Below, piece by piece: positions 37,446 through 47,656 of a DNA stretch of 64,000 bases. The notes beneath the pieces were generated by a model. It was not told where the DNA came from and ran no database searches. It saw only the letters and a list, made by a program, of their open reading frames with translations. Within the stretch, counting starts at the first letter, position 1, and every line of letters begins with the position of its first letter. This DNA comes from Nitrososphaeria archaeon (GTDB lineage: Archaea > Thermoproteota > Nitrososphaeria > Geothermarchaeales > JDFR-13). The stretch lies in the NCBI GenBank assembly GCA_027078545.1, contig JALWXN010000004.1:864001-928000 (forward strand). Direction: 5' to 3'. A program made the position numbers and the translations under genes.

Positions 37446-38588
37446 TTAAGCCTCGGCCACGGCTATCCTGGTTATCAGCTTCCCATGGAGGACCTGTAGA
37501 TTCTCGAGAACCCTATATCCCGACGCCTCCAACGCATCCCTTAGGAGGCGGTACTCACTTGTTATGGCGACTATCCTCCTGATACCGAGGCTCGAGAGCT
37601 CGTCAACCACATCTCTATATAGATCCTCCAGGACCTTGCGCCGAGTCATCCTGATCCCATAGGGAGGGTTGAAGACGGCCACGCCACTCTCGAGGCTGGG
37701 TAGGTGGCTAGTCAGGTCACGGGCATCTACACACATGAACCTTATAGCCCTATCCACACCCGCCGACTCGGCGTTTCTCTCGGCGCCCGACATGTATCTG
37801 CAGGAGATATCGTTGTAGATTATCTCTGGCCCCTCCCCCGGTGGGAGCCTAGCGTTATAAGCCTCCTCACGGGCCTCTAGATATGTCTCCAATGGGTAGT
37901 ATGGGATCTTAGTTATCATGTGGTTAGGCCTATAGAGGCCCGGTGCATACCTATATCTATACAGTGCCGCCTCAATAGGAATGGTACCCCCACCGGCCAT
38001 CGGGTCTATGAAGGGCTCATCCCAGAACCCGCTGAGCAGAACCATAGCAGCTGCCAGACTCGTCTTTATAGCGGCTGGGTGGTTCCACACCCTATACCCC
38101 CTTATGTGGAGGCTCTCACCCACCAGGTTAACCCCAAATGTATACCTGTCATCAACGATCCTGAGGATATACTCCCTATCGGGGCTGGTCAGATCTACAC
38201 TAACCTTATACCCAGCCCTCTCCAACGCCCTATAGACAGCCGCCCCCACAACCCTATTGGCATCCAGGCTTGTGAAGCCGTGGCTCCCATACCTACTACT
38301 CCTGAGGGCGAAGGAGCCATCCCCACCGAAGAGCCTCAGGTCAAGAGACTCGACACGCCTAGCAATATCCTCCAGACTATTGAACACACCCTCGTCGAGT
38401 ACATGTATCACCTTGTAGATAGTCCTACCCCAAAGGATCAGCCTAGGGACGGCCTCCACACCGAGCCTAACCCTAAGCGTATTCTCAGCCTGTATAGGCA
38501 TAACACCAGTGATATCCCTAACCTCCTCAGCAGCCACCCTGGCTATCCCCTTCGTAATAGTGATTAGTATATCGGCATCGCCCGGCAA
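37446..38588 (-). CDS. trm14: THUMP-domain tRNA (guanine-N2)-methyltransferase, Trm14-like
   Basis: THUMP N-terminus, SLHIRGYR..HPAAIK, DPMAGGGTIPIEAA, NPPYG. Confidence 0.85.
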   Translation of the reverse strand: MPGDADILITITKGIARVAAEEVRDITGVMPIQAENTLRVRLGVEAVPRLILWGRTIYKVIHVLDEGVFNSLEDIARRVESLDLRLFGGDGSFALRSSRYGSHGFTSLDANRVVGAAVYRALERAGYKVSVDLTSPDREYILRIVDDRYTFGVNLVGESLHIRGYRVWNHPAAIKTSLAAAMVLLSGFWDEPFIDPMAGGGTIPIEAALYRYRYAPGLYRPNHMITKIPYYPLETYLEAREEAYNARLPPGEGPEIIYNDISCRYMSGAERNAESAGVDRAIRFMCVDARDLTSHLPSLESGVAVFNPPYGIRMTRRKVLEDLYRDVVDELSSLGIRRIVAITSEYRLLRDALEASGYRVLENLQVLHGKLITRIAVAEA

Positions 38589-38623
38589 TTTTATCCACCA
38601 TATCCTCTAGTTAATATTCGGAA

Positions 38624-39460
38624 ATGGAGCTGGATAGGATTTATAGCGAGGCCAATCAAGATCCAGTAGGTAGTCTTGAATGGGTCCTTGAGAAGTGGAT
38701 AGATAATTCTAGGGAGCTCCCAGGTCGTAGGGGTGGGGTGGTCTACCTCGAGGTTGATAGATGTCTAGTCATTGGCGATATACATGGGGACCTAGATACG
38801 CTCCATAGACTCCTCACAAAGACTTGGAGGGGCGAGCCACTACTCTTCCTGGGTGACTATATTGATAGGGGGTTCCAGCAGCTGGAGACCCTGAAGTATA
38901 TAGCCCTCCTAATGGATGATGCAGATGTGATTACCCTTAGGGGTAACCATGAGCCGCCTAGATGGCTACCGGTATATCCCCATGACTTCCCCCATATCCT
39001 CAGGACGCAGGGGGTGCACCACCTATACGATCTTGCCCAGGAGATGTTCGACAGCCTACCTATAGCAGCTGTGCTTAACGGTGAGGCCCTAGCTATACAT
39101 GGTGGGATACCGGTCAGCATATCGAGGGTGGAGGAGCTTGAGAGGCCTAGGAGGGAGGTCTTGGCAGAAGCATTGTGGAACGACCCCTTCGAGGGCGTTG
39201 GTATAAAGCCTAGCCCAAGGGGTGTGGGCCACCTCTATGGGATCGACGTGACGAGGAGGTTCCTAGGTAATAACGGGCTTAGATACCACCTCAGGGGGCA
39301 TGAGGCGGTTGACGGCTATAAGGTCTTCCATGAGGGGATGGGGATAACCCTATTCTCACGGCTAGGCATACCATACGGAAACTCTAGGGCCGCGATATAC
39401 ATCTACGAGCCTGGCGGTAACCATCTCGACCCGGCAAGATTCATATACGTATTTAGATGA
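38624..39460 (+). CDS. PPP-family serine/threonine protein phosphatase (PP1-arch type)
   Basis: GDIHG, GDYIDRG, LRGNHE, IHGG, LWNDP, SPRG, RGHE, TLFS. Confidence 0.92.
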   Translation: MELDRIYSEANQDPVGSLEWVLEKWIDNSRELPGRRGGVVYLEVDRCLVIGDIHGDLDTLHRLLTKTWRGEPLLFLGDYIDRGFQQLETLKYIALLMDDADVITLRGNHEPPRWLPVYPHDFPHILRTQGVHHLYDLAQEMFDSLPIAAVLNGEALAIHGGIPVSISRVEELERPRREVLAEALWNDPFEGVGIKPSPRGVGHLYGIDVTRRFLGNNGLRYHLRGHEAVDGYKVFHEGMGITLFSRLGIPYGNSRAAIYIYEPGGNHLDPARFIYVFR

Positions 39461-40009
39461 TCAGCACCGGGACAACTGTCTAGACGCCTCCTCCAGGAAC
39501 ATCCTATAGATATCATCGGTGTATAGGACGAAGATCACCTTCTTAACACTCCCAGGATCAGTGGAGAAGTCCTTCACAGCCCTTATCATCCCCCTTGCAG
39601 AGACCTCGGGCTCCACCCTATAGACCCCGGTAGATATGGCTGGGAAGGCTATAGACTCTAGTCCCTCAGACTTCGCTAGGAGAAGGCTATTCCTAACTGC
39701 ACGATATATCTTACTCTCCTCGTCACCCTCCCCCTTGATCGGGCCAACCGTATGTATCACCCACTTGGCCTTTAGCCTACCAGCCGTGGTCTTGACCGCG
39801 TCACCCACCTCTAGGGGGCCACGCTCCCTGATAATCCTGTCCGACTCCTCCTGTATAACATATCCACCCCTCCTCACTATGGCTCCAGCCACACCGCCGC
39901 CATGCTGGAGATACTTGTTAGCCGCGTTGACGATAGCATCGGCCTCCACCTCTGTGATGTCCCCCTTGATGAATATGATCTCAAGCCCCCCACACCTGAA
40001 CCTCTCCAT
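39461..40009 (-). CDS. Macrodomain protein (MacroD-type ADP-ribose binding/hydrolase)
   Basis: GDIT, AIVNAAN..L.HGGGVAGAI, VIHTVGP, SIAFPAISTGVY. Confidence 0.93.
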   Translation of the reverse strand: MERFRCGGLEIIFIKGDITEVEADAIVNAANKYLQHGGGVAGAIVRRGGYVIQEESDRIIRERGPLEVGDAVKTTAGRLKAKWVIHTVGPIKGEGDEESKIYRAVRNSLLLAKSEGLESIAFPAISTGVYRVEPEVSARGMIRAVKDFSTDPGSVKKVIFVLYTDDIYRMFLEEASRQLSRC

Positions 40010-40082
40010 AGCCAGCACCCCGCGACAGTAATACCATCCCCTTAAATCCGTTAAAACGGGATTCAATGGTGGTGCCTAGGAG

Positions 40083-41687
40083 ATGAAGGTATACGAGGCC
40101 ATAGCCGATGCATTGGTCAGCCTAGGATATAGGAGGGCCTATACTATACCCGGGACACACATATATCATTTGAACCACGCCCTGGGAGACAGGATTCACC
40201 AGACGGTTTTCAGGCATGAGATGGGCGCCACCTTCGCGGCCGATGCATATGGAAGGGTCACAGGTACTCCAGGCCTAGCCATAGTGACGGCCGGCCCTGG
40301 CATACTAAACGGGTTATCAGGGCTTGGACAGGCATATGCAGAGGCATCACCACTCCTATACATAACCGGCGAGGTCGCCAGGGGCGAGAGGTACGGCTTC
40401 CACGGAGTTGATGACCCCCTAGCCGTCACCTACTCATCCATACCAGTGGCTAAACGCGTATACCTCGTCGAGGATCCAGGCAGCATATGGAGCGTAATGG
40501 GTGAGGCTCACTACACAGCACTCACAGGTAGGAGGGGACCCGTACATGTATCTATCCCCTATGACGTACTGCAGAGCGAGGTTGGTGAGGGGAGGCTGGA
40601 GCAGAGGGAGACGGATGGTATAGCTAGATGTGTAGATGTTATCAATGAAGGACTTAGAGACGGTGTGAGGGGCGTCCTGGTAATCGGTATGGAGCTATAC
40701 CCAGAGCTGGCGGATAGGCTACTAGACCTCTTTGAGACATGGCCCTACATAGCCACGGTAGGCCAGATAGGCATGGCTCGGCTTAGGAGGGATAGATATG
40801 CAGGCCATATAGAGAAGAAGTTCCAGATCCACCCAGTAGCCAAGGAGATCCTTAGGGAAGCTGAATATATACTCGCAGTCGGGATACCGCCAGACTCACC
40901 AGAGGCGGAGCATATCTCAATGCTAAGCAAGGATGCCAGGATAGACTTCCTAAGGCCTAGCGAGGCCGGGTGCAGCGTGGAGAGGATAGGTAAGGGCTAC
41001 CATGTAGAGGCACCCCTCAGCGAGGCGATTGACCTCCTAAGCCCCGGAGAAAGCGGCCTAGACCATGACGTGGAGAAGATGATGAGAGAGCGTCTTGAAT
41101 GGGCTAGAGAGACTGTCTACTCCGAGAAGGGGCCAAGGATACACCAGGGAGTGGCTGCACACATGATATCCCAGCTAGAGATAGATGGCTACACAGTCAC
41201 CTGTGACACTGGCGGGAATGAGCAATGGATAAGGGAGTTCATACCACCCACCCGCGACGTCAGATATCTATACTCAGGGGGCTTCGGATCAATAGGGTAT
41301 AGCCTACCAGCATCCATAGGAGCCTACGACGCTGAGCGGGAGGTACTAGCCGTCACTGGGGACGGGAGCCTGATGATGAGTCTGGGCGAGCTCAAGACTA
41401 TAGTGGAGCATGGATATAGGGTGAAGATAGCGGTATTCAACGACTCTACCTATGGAATACTAGAGATGCTGAGTAGGAGCGATATAGGTGAGGAGATCGA
41501 GGGAGGGATAGGGAGCGTCGACTTTGCAAAGGTTGCGGAGGCACTGGGTATGGAGTCCATGGCTGTAGAGACATATGAAGATCTTGAGGAGGGGCTTGAA
41601 GAGCTCATGGATAGTACCGGGCCATTCCTCCTAGACATCAGGTGTAGCCCGGAGGAGGTCCCTACACTACTGAGGAAGAGTGATTAA
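40083..41687 (+). CDS. Thiamine pyrophosphate-dependent enzyme, acetolactate synthase-like
   Basis: RHEMGATFAADAYGR, TAGPG, GPVHVSIPYD, GSIGYSLPASIG, TPP motif GDGS...FND. Confidence 0.88.
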   Translation: MKVYEAIADALVSLGYRRAYTIPGTHIYHLNHALGDRIHQTVFRHEMGATFAADAYGRVTGTPGLAIVTAGPGILNGLSGLGQAYAEASPLLYITGEVARGERYGFHGVDDPLAVTYSSIPVAKRVYLVEDPGSIWSVMGEAHYTALTGRRGPVHVSIPYDVLQSEVGEGRLEQRETDGIARCVDVINEGLRDGVRGVLVIGMELYPELADRLLDLFETWPYIATVGQIGMARLRRDRYAGHIEKKFQIHPVAKEILREAEYILAVGIPPDSPEAEHISMLSKDARIDFLRPSEAGCSVERIGKGYHVEAPLSEAIDLLSPGESGLDHDVEKMMRERLEWARETVYSEKGPRIHQGVAAHMISQLEIDGYTVTCDTGGNEQWIREFIPPTRDVRYLYSGGFGSIGYSLPASIGAYDAEREVLAVTGDGSLMMSLGELKTIVEHGYRVKIAVFNDSTYGILEMLSRSDIGEEIEGGIGSVDFAKVAEALGMESMAVETYEDLEEGLEELMDSTGPFLLDIRCSPEEVPTLLRKSD

Positions 41688-41706
41688 AAAGGGGGAGGGG
41701 TTTGGA
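41686..41706 (-). terminator. Putative C-rich/oligo-T terminator of the zinc-ribbon operon
   Basis: Minus strand TCCAAACCCCTCCCCCTTTTT after the stop at 41707. Confidence 0.5.
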
Positions 41707-44700
41707 CTAGTCCTCAAGCCTAGTCCCACAGCTCATGCAGAACTTGGCAGTAGGCCTATTCACATGTCCACAGCTGGGGCAGACCTTGCCAGCCCTCTCC
41801 ACCCTTGTAGGCCTCGTGGGCCTCGGGATCTGTGGCTTTGGTAGGCCTCCCATGCCACGTCTATAGAGGAGGAAGCCCGTTATACCGAGCCCTATGATAA
41901 TCACTATGGTGATACCCAGCGAGGCGGGTGTGAACATTACCCCTATCTCTAGGCTGGTGGCTCCCCTCCCGAGTGAGGCTGTACTCGTCGTCACGAAACC
42001 GGTCTCTAGGACTAGATCCCTATCTGGTAGTAGGAGTGTGAACCTCCCTGAGCCGTCGGTCTGAGTGGTGGCCACCACCTCGCCTGTAGACGGGTTCACC
42101 GCCCTTACCTCTGCAGAGCCTAGTGGTAGGCCAAGGAAGTCCCTGACAGTCCCAGTCACCCTCTTCACCTCTGTGGATATAGTGACAGTGGAGTCGGAGG
42201 CTAGGCCGACCTCCTGGGTACCCACGGTGTAGCCTAGGTATCCGATCTCCACCCTATAGCTTCCTGCGGGCAGATTGTTCAGAACCGCCTCTCCACCAGC
42301 CTCTCCAGCTATTACGCTCCCATTGGGGTGGTATACCTTGTAGCTGAAACGCTCGAGAGCCTCCCCATCCATCGTCTCGGGCCTGATGACCAGGTCGTAG
42401 ATAGCCAGCTGGATAGTCTTCTCACCGGGGGACGACTCGGCGGAGTATGTTGTTGGGAGTAGTACTCCCTGGTAGACGATGTTTGTTATCGAGATCGTCC
42501 CCTTGGGCAGGAGGAGCTGTGGATTATCCACTGGGAACTCCCTACCCTGTATCGAGAGGGTGAAGGAGACCTTCCCGAAGGGTATCTCCTCCCCATCTGC
42601 ATCGACGAATCTTAGGCTGACGCTGTATACAGCCGCCTTGATTGAGAAGGACTGGTCCCCACCCGTGAACTGGATCGTCCTCTCACTTGGGAGGACGTCG
42701 AAGCCCCTCCAGCTTAGGCTCTCTATGGTATATGTACCTATGACCGCGTACTCAAGGACGAGGCTACCCGTGACCGTATACCTCTTACCACCCGGACCGA
42801 TCAGAACAGCCTCCACATCGTCCAGGACTATTGATCCTGAGGAGTCGGATACGCTTATGCCAAGCCTACCCACTGGGAGCTCAACCTGTACATCCCTGTT
42901 ACCATCTAGCTGTACATCGATGCCTAGGCCATACTCCACACCATCGATATAGACGGCCTCTACACGCCAGAGCCCCTTCACAGCCTGTTCAACAGTCAGT
43001 CCACCGGTGAAGGTTATGGTGGATCCGTTGGGGTGTCTAAGCACGAGCCTGAAGTCTAGGCCAGAGCTGGATAGATCCCTTCCGAGGGTGTCCCTGGCGT
43101 CTAGCCTAAGCCTATAGACAGCGAGGCCCACCTGCATAGAGACGTCTCCATCGACCTGTATCGAGACGGGGCTGGGCAGTACGTTTACACCCTCCATGTA
43201 GACACCGATAAGTCTATGTGTACCCCTGGGCATCTGGTAGGCGGCTCCCCTAGCCTCGAGGCTTATGATCCTACCAGCCACGTCCAGCTCTATCCGGAGA
43301 GCCCTGTCTATAGCCCCTCCATTGGCGTCTCTAAATGCCAGGCTGAGGTGGTAGACCTCGAGGTTAACAACAACCTCACCAGGACCATCGACGTTGAAGC
43401 TGTTCTCACTGGGCGTCACGTCCACACCTAGGTAGACCACCCTCTCAATGGTTATCGTGCCAGGCACGAGGGCGACTCCGTCAGGCGAGTATACCAGGCT
43501 GCCAAGCCGGTCATGCCTGATACTAACCTCCTCAGGCGGAGTGGTAAGGGGCTCGCCATCCCTATCCCTGAATACGAGGTTTATCCTGAATACACTGGTC
43601 TCAACAGTCCTGACCCCGCTGCTCGTCTCCCTGAAACTGGTGTTCGCCACCTCGACACCCGACCATATAACCCTTATCCTATAGTCCCCCCAGGGCGCAC
43701 GGTCAACCGTTATTCTACCAGCCTCGTCGGTCCTGAAAGTCCTTACCGTGCCGTTTGGATATGTGACCTCCACATCTACATTGGGGAGTGGCTGCCCAGT
43801 CTGATCCACAACGGTGTAGCTGAGGCTTAGGAGGTAGTCCTCCACGTTGAAGGTCACGTTACCCATATTCTTGTATGCGTCGAGGGCGTTGGAGAGGGCG
43901 TTCTCATAGTTGCCAGCCCCGGACTTTATGATGTTTATCGCGGTGGATAGGCTCTGGTTATACTGGCCAACCTGGCTCCATACATCGTCTGGTATAATGG
44001 TGAAGCCGTACCGCTTGAAAGGCTCAAGAGCCGTGTCGAGCTTACCATATGCCTTGTCGATATAGTAGAGTGCATAGAGCATACTCGCCTGCTCGATCTG
44101 GAAGACATCGTTCCTACCCCAGCTATGGAGGTAGGTCATGTATCCCCAGGTCATGCTCCAGAGCCAGAAGACATCAAGAGCCCGGCTAGGGTTACGTGTA
44201 GCCATCAACTCCCTCCAATTAATCCCGTTGTGGGGATGGTTTAGGGAGAAGATATGTCCTGCCTCGTGTACAAGTAGGGTGGTAAGCCCTAGCCATGGCG
44301 GTACCTTACTAAGTATTGTTATGTTAACGTAGGTGTCAAACCACTCGTTGTTCTGGACGAGGACTACATATGTATCCCCGATGCCACGGGGCTGGACACG
44401 GGCGTTTACCACCCCATTAAAGGTCTGCCGATATATGGGTGTGGGGCTACCACCGTCTAGGAACTCCCTATACCCTGCACCATCTAGAACTATTATATCC
44501 ACCTCTCCGAATGTGAAGCCCTGTATAACTATCTCCCCACCAGTGACCTTGGGGAATATTGGCACAGGTTGAGCCGCTATCTGGAAGGCGGGTAGATAGC
44601 CTATCAACGGTTCGGAGGGGATATACCCGCCGATAAGTGCAGGTGTCTGTAGGACGGCTATGATATGGGATGGGATGGTGTTCTCATCGGTAAGGGCGAT

Positions 44701-45948
44701 CCCGCCTGCATACGCTATCCTCACATCGAGGAAGATGAACATGGGGACTTCATAGACTGGGTCGGGATCCCTAAACCTATCGATATTCTCCATGATCCAG
44801 TTATGGACGACTTCCAGTGGCGCTCCCTGGCCAAAATACATATTGTAGAGAATCTCATCCCTCAGGTCGGGGAAGTCGTCAAGGGTATACAGACCCTTAT
44901 CCTCATAGGTTATGTTCAACGCTCCGCCGAAGAGGTTCCTTAGCTCTGATAGGAAGACCTCAGGTGTGAAGTAGTTCCTAGGGTCTAACTGGGTGCCGTT
45001 GACTATGTAGTAAGCCTCGAAGGATATGTTGAGGGCGGGTATAGGTGGGTAGACAGCGGTGTGTACAAACTTGAAGATTACTGCAGAATCGATAACCCTA
45101 GCGAGCTGCTGGTTCAAAAGCTGCTTATCACCGGGTAGACTCAGGAACCTCATCGGCCTTATCTCGACCGATACGTTGTTGAAGGAGGTGGGGCCGGCGC
45201 TCAGGTCGAAGAAGATCAGCCTCGTCGAGCCTCCACCAGCCACCGATTGCATAGAGTCCTTCCTTAGGTAGACGTTCCACCCCTGGTCAGGGTCTGGGAG
45301 CGTTATGTTGTAGAAGTATAGGTATGAGATGTCGGGATACGTGTTTATGATAACCAGTGTATACTTCCCCTCGGTCTCGGGGAACTCCTGCCTAACCCTG
45401 TTTACGAGCCACTCCTCGAACTCCATGGCGTTGATGTAGGCGGCGTCCCTCTCACCAGTCTCGAGCTGGGCTCTGAATGGAGCTTCTCCCCAGACTCGAT
45501 TATTATTGATGTAGCTGACTATATCGCTCTTCAACTGGCTAGATGCATATAGGAACCGGTAGTTCAGGGTGAAATTGATATAGATATATGCCTCACCCTT
45601 CTCCAGGATCCTCTGTAGATCAGCCCTTGCATACCACTTGTGTACATTCGAGAGTATATACTCCTCATCGACAAGATCTTGGCCAAGGCCTACGAAGACC
45701 ACATAGATATCCAGCGGCACCCCATTAAACAGATCCCGTAGGGTGCCCGAGACCCACTCCAGCTTCCTAAGACTAGTCGCCATCTCATCGCCCTGGGCAA
45801 CCAGGTCTAGGAAGCTGTTGGCAGTATACTCAGACCCTGCACCACCAACATATCCAGATAAGTCTATAGATGGTGGTATCGGTACGGCAAGGAAGACTAG
45901 AAGGGTAAAAAGTAGTGGGAGTGGGGATCTCCTCGGCCCAACACCCAA
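41707..45948 (-). CDS. Large membrane-anchored metzincin-like zinc metalloprotease with beta-sandwich stalk and cytoplasmic zinc ribbon
   Basis: Signal peptide; HEAGHIFSLNH plus downstream YMTY Met-turn; about 8 carboxypeptidase-regulatory-like repeats (..D..G..L); TM; CPSCGHVNRPTAKFCMSCGTRL. Confidence 0.8.
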   Translation of the reverse strand: MGVGPRRSPLPLLFTLLVFLAVPIPPSIDLSGYVGGAGSEYTANSFLDLVAQGDEMATSLRKLEWVSGTLRDLFNGVPLDIYVVFVGLGQDLVDEEYILSNVHKWYARADLQRILEKGEAYIYINFTLNYRFLYASSQLKSDIVSYINNNRVWGEAPFRAQLETGERDAAYINAMEFEEWLVNRVRQEFPETEGKYTLVIINTYPDISYLYFYNITLPDPDQGWNVYLRKDSMQSVAGGGSTRLIFFDLSAGPTSFNNVSVEIRPMRFLSLPGDKQLLNQQLARVIDSAVIFKFVHTAVYPPIPALNISFEAYYIVNGTQLDPRNYFTPEVFLSELRNLFGGALNITYEDKGLYTLDDFPDLRDEILYNMYFGQGAPLEVVHNWIMENIDRFRDPDPVYEVPMFIFLDVRIAYAGGIALTDENTIPSHIIAVLQTPALIGGYIPSEPLIGYLPAFQIAAQPVPIFPKVTGGEIVIQGFTFGEVDIIVLDGAGYREFLDGGSPTPIYRQTFNGVVNARVQPRGIGDTYVVLVQNNEWFDTYVNITILSKVPPWLGLTTLLVHEAGHIFSLNHPHNGINWRELMATRNPSRALDVFWLWSMTWGYMTYLHSWGRNDVFQIEQASMLYALYYIDKAYGKLDTALEPFKRYGFTIIPDDVWSQVGQYNQSLSTAINIIKSGAGNYENALSNALDAYKNMGNVTFNVEDYLLSLSYTVVDQTGQPLPNVDVEVTYPNGTVRTFRTDEAGRITVDRAPWGDYRIRVIWSGVEVANTSFRETSSGVRTVETSVFRINLVFRDRDGEPLTTPPEEVSIRHDRLGSLVYSPDGVALVPGTITIERVVYLGVDVTPSENSFNVDGPGEVVVNLEVYHLSLAFRDANGGAIDRALRIELDVAGRIISLEARGAAYQMPRGTHRLIGVYMEGVNVLPSPVSIQVDGDVSMQVGLAVYRLRLDARDTLGRDLSSSGLDFRLVLRHPNGSTITFTGGLTVEQAVKGLWRVEAVYIDGVEYGLGIDVQLDGNRDVQVELPVGRLGISVSDSSGSIVLDDVEAVLIGPGGKRYTVTGSLVLEYAVIGTYTIESLSWRGFDVLPSERTIQFTGGDQSFSIKAAVYSVSLRFVDADGEEIPFGKVSFTLSIQGREFPVDNPQLLLPKGTISITNIVYQGVLLPTTYSAESSPGEKTIQLAIYDLVIRPETMDGEALERFSYKVYHPNGSVIAGEAGGEAVLNNLPAGSYRVEIGYLGYTVGTQEVGLASDSTVTISTEVKRVTGTVRDFLGLPLGSAEVRAVNPSTGEVVATTQTDGSGRFTLLLPDRDLVLETGFVTTSTASLGRGATSLEIGVMFTPASLGITIVIIIGLGITGFLLYRRGMGGLPKPQIPRPTRPTRVERAGKVCPSCGHVNRPTAKFCMSCGTRLED

Positions 45949-45954
45949 TCCGGG

Positions 45955-47652
45955 TCACCCCTCAAGCTTGGTTCCACACTTGACGCAGAACTTGGCGCCA
46001 GGCTTATTTGGATGCCCACAGCTCGGGCAGTATAACGCACCCTCCACCGGCTCAGGCGGAGCCTTCCTAGGTACCTTGACCCCTACTCCTCCCCTCTTGA
46101 GGAATATGTAGGCGCCGACGCCTATTAGAGCCAGTACTGGTAGGGCGATCATCCATAGTGGTATGCCTGGTGAAGCCACCTTTACCGTGAGGGTGCTCGA
46201 CGCAGGGTTGAAGTCATCGTCCCCAACAAAGCTGGCTGTGACCACGAGGTCTCCACCAGTAGATGGGGTGTATGTAAGGCTGAAGGTGTTGTCCTCACCG
46301 ACCCTCACGGTACGTGTCTCGGTGTTGCCCCCAAGCTGTATGGTTATATCCACCAATACGTCTTTGAAGGAGACGTCTACGCCTAGTGGGTTGGGCCCAT
46401 CATAGCTCAGCGACCCAGTTATAGTCACTGTCTCACCAGCATTCACCTCGGTGGCATTTGCCTGCAGCGATAGCGTGACGTCGCTCTTAGCACCCTCGGC
46501 CAGCTTCGACTGGGCCTTCTGGATCATGTACGACGCGTACCAGTTGAAGGGGTAGAGGTTCCTAACATCCTCGAAGACCTTCTTGGCCCTTGAGTAGAGC
46601 CCTGCATAGAAGTATCCAACACCCTCCTCCCACATCTGGTCGACAGGCCCACGTGTATTGTAGCTCACACCCTGCTCAGCCAGATATTGTTTAAGCACGT
46701 CACCCGGTATGAAGAAGTTGAACCCCGCTACAGGCTCTAGATTCTCATCTACAGAGGCCATATTGGCTACACCTATGACTTCACCCCTCTCGTTAACCAC
46801 TGGCCCACCACTATTGCCTTTACTAATGTCCACATTCGTCTGTATAGCCCTTACATCCGTGATCGTCCTCCTCTCACCACTGATGATACCGTTTGTATAT
46901 GAGGGGAAGAGCAGAGTGTCCTCACTCAGCATAGTGTGGAAGTTGACCACACCTGGATAGCCGAACGCGTATATCGTCTGGCCAGGCTGATACTCATCTA
47001 CCTCGCTAATCTTGAGTGAAGGGGTATTCGCCACATCAATCTTGAGTACGGCGAGGTCCCTACCCACTAGGAACGGATCGGGAGTACCTACGACCCTAGC
47101 GATTATACCATCCTCCCTAATCTTTCCTCCGCTTGACTCGCCGACCAGGACATAGACTATCCGGATGGCGTTCCTCACCTCACCATAGGTAAGGACATGG
47201 TTTATAATGAACTCTATGTCCTCCTGGGTAATATTATAGCCGCTCTCTATAAGGTTGTTGATGATGTCGATAGCTGCACTCCTAACTAGCTCCGTCTTCA
47301 CGAAAATATCCTCGAGATAGTCCGAATGGGTCATGGCGAAGACTACATGCCCATTGGTCACTATGTAGCCATCGTTATTAACGAAGAATCCGCTCCCAAT
47401 ACCCCCTATCATCGAGGTGACGGTGAAGAAGTCGGCTGTGGGGCGTCCATACCTATCCACATATGGAACCTTTATCTCGGCCTCTATAATCGTAACTATG
47501 AAAACGACTCCGGGCAGGACTAGGTCGTAGATAGCCTCTGGACTGATAGCCTCCTGAGCCGCCACAGGCTCCACGACGGGCGTGTATGGATTAGCTGTCG
47601 GGCCGAGGAGTATTCCCAGCAGGATCAATACGATTATCCCATTCCTAACCAT
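45955..47652 (-). CDS. Membrane-anchored trypsin-like (S1C) serine protease with Ig-like domain and cytoplasmic zinc ribbon
   Basis: Signal peptide; GSGFFV, TNGHVV, DLAVLKI, GNSGGP; TPR-like hairpin; Ig-like domain; TM; CPSCGHPNKPGAKFCVKCGTKL. Confidence 0.88.
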   Translation of the reverse strand: MVRNGIIVLILLGILLGPTANPYTPVVEPVAAQEAISPEAIYDLVLPGVVFIVTIIEAEIKVPYVDRYGRPTADFFTVTSMIGGIGSGFFVNNDGYIVTNGHVVFAMTHSDYLEDIFVKTELVRSAAIDIINNLIESGYNITQEDIEFIINHVLTYGEVRNAIRIVYVLVGESSGGKIREDGIIARVVGTPDPFLVGRDLAVLKIDVANTPSLKISEVDEYQPGQTIYAFGYPGVVNFHTMLSEDTLLFPSYTNGIISGERRTITDVRAIQTNVDISKGNSGGPVVNERGEVIGVANMASVDENLEPVAGFNFFIPGDVLKQYLAEQGVSYNTRGPVDQMWEEGVGYFYAGLYSRAKKVFEDVRNLYPFNWYASYMIQKAQSKLAEGAKSDVTLSLQANATEVNAGETVTITGSLSYDGPNPLGVDVSFKDVLVDITIQLGGNTETRTVRVGEDNTFSLTYTPSTGGDLVVTASFVGDDDFNPASSTLTVKVASPGIPLWMIALPVLALIGVGAYIFLKRGGVGVKVPRKAPPEPVEGALYCPSCGHPNKPGAKFCVKCGTKLEG

Positions 47653-47656
47653 CTAA

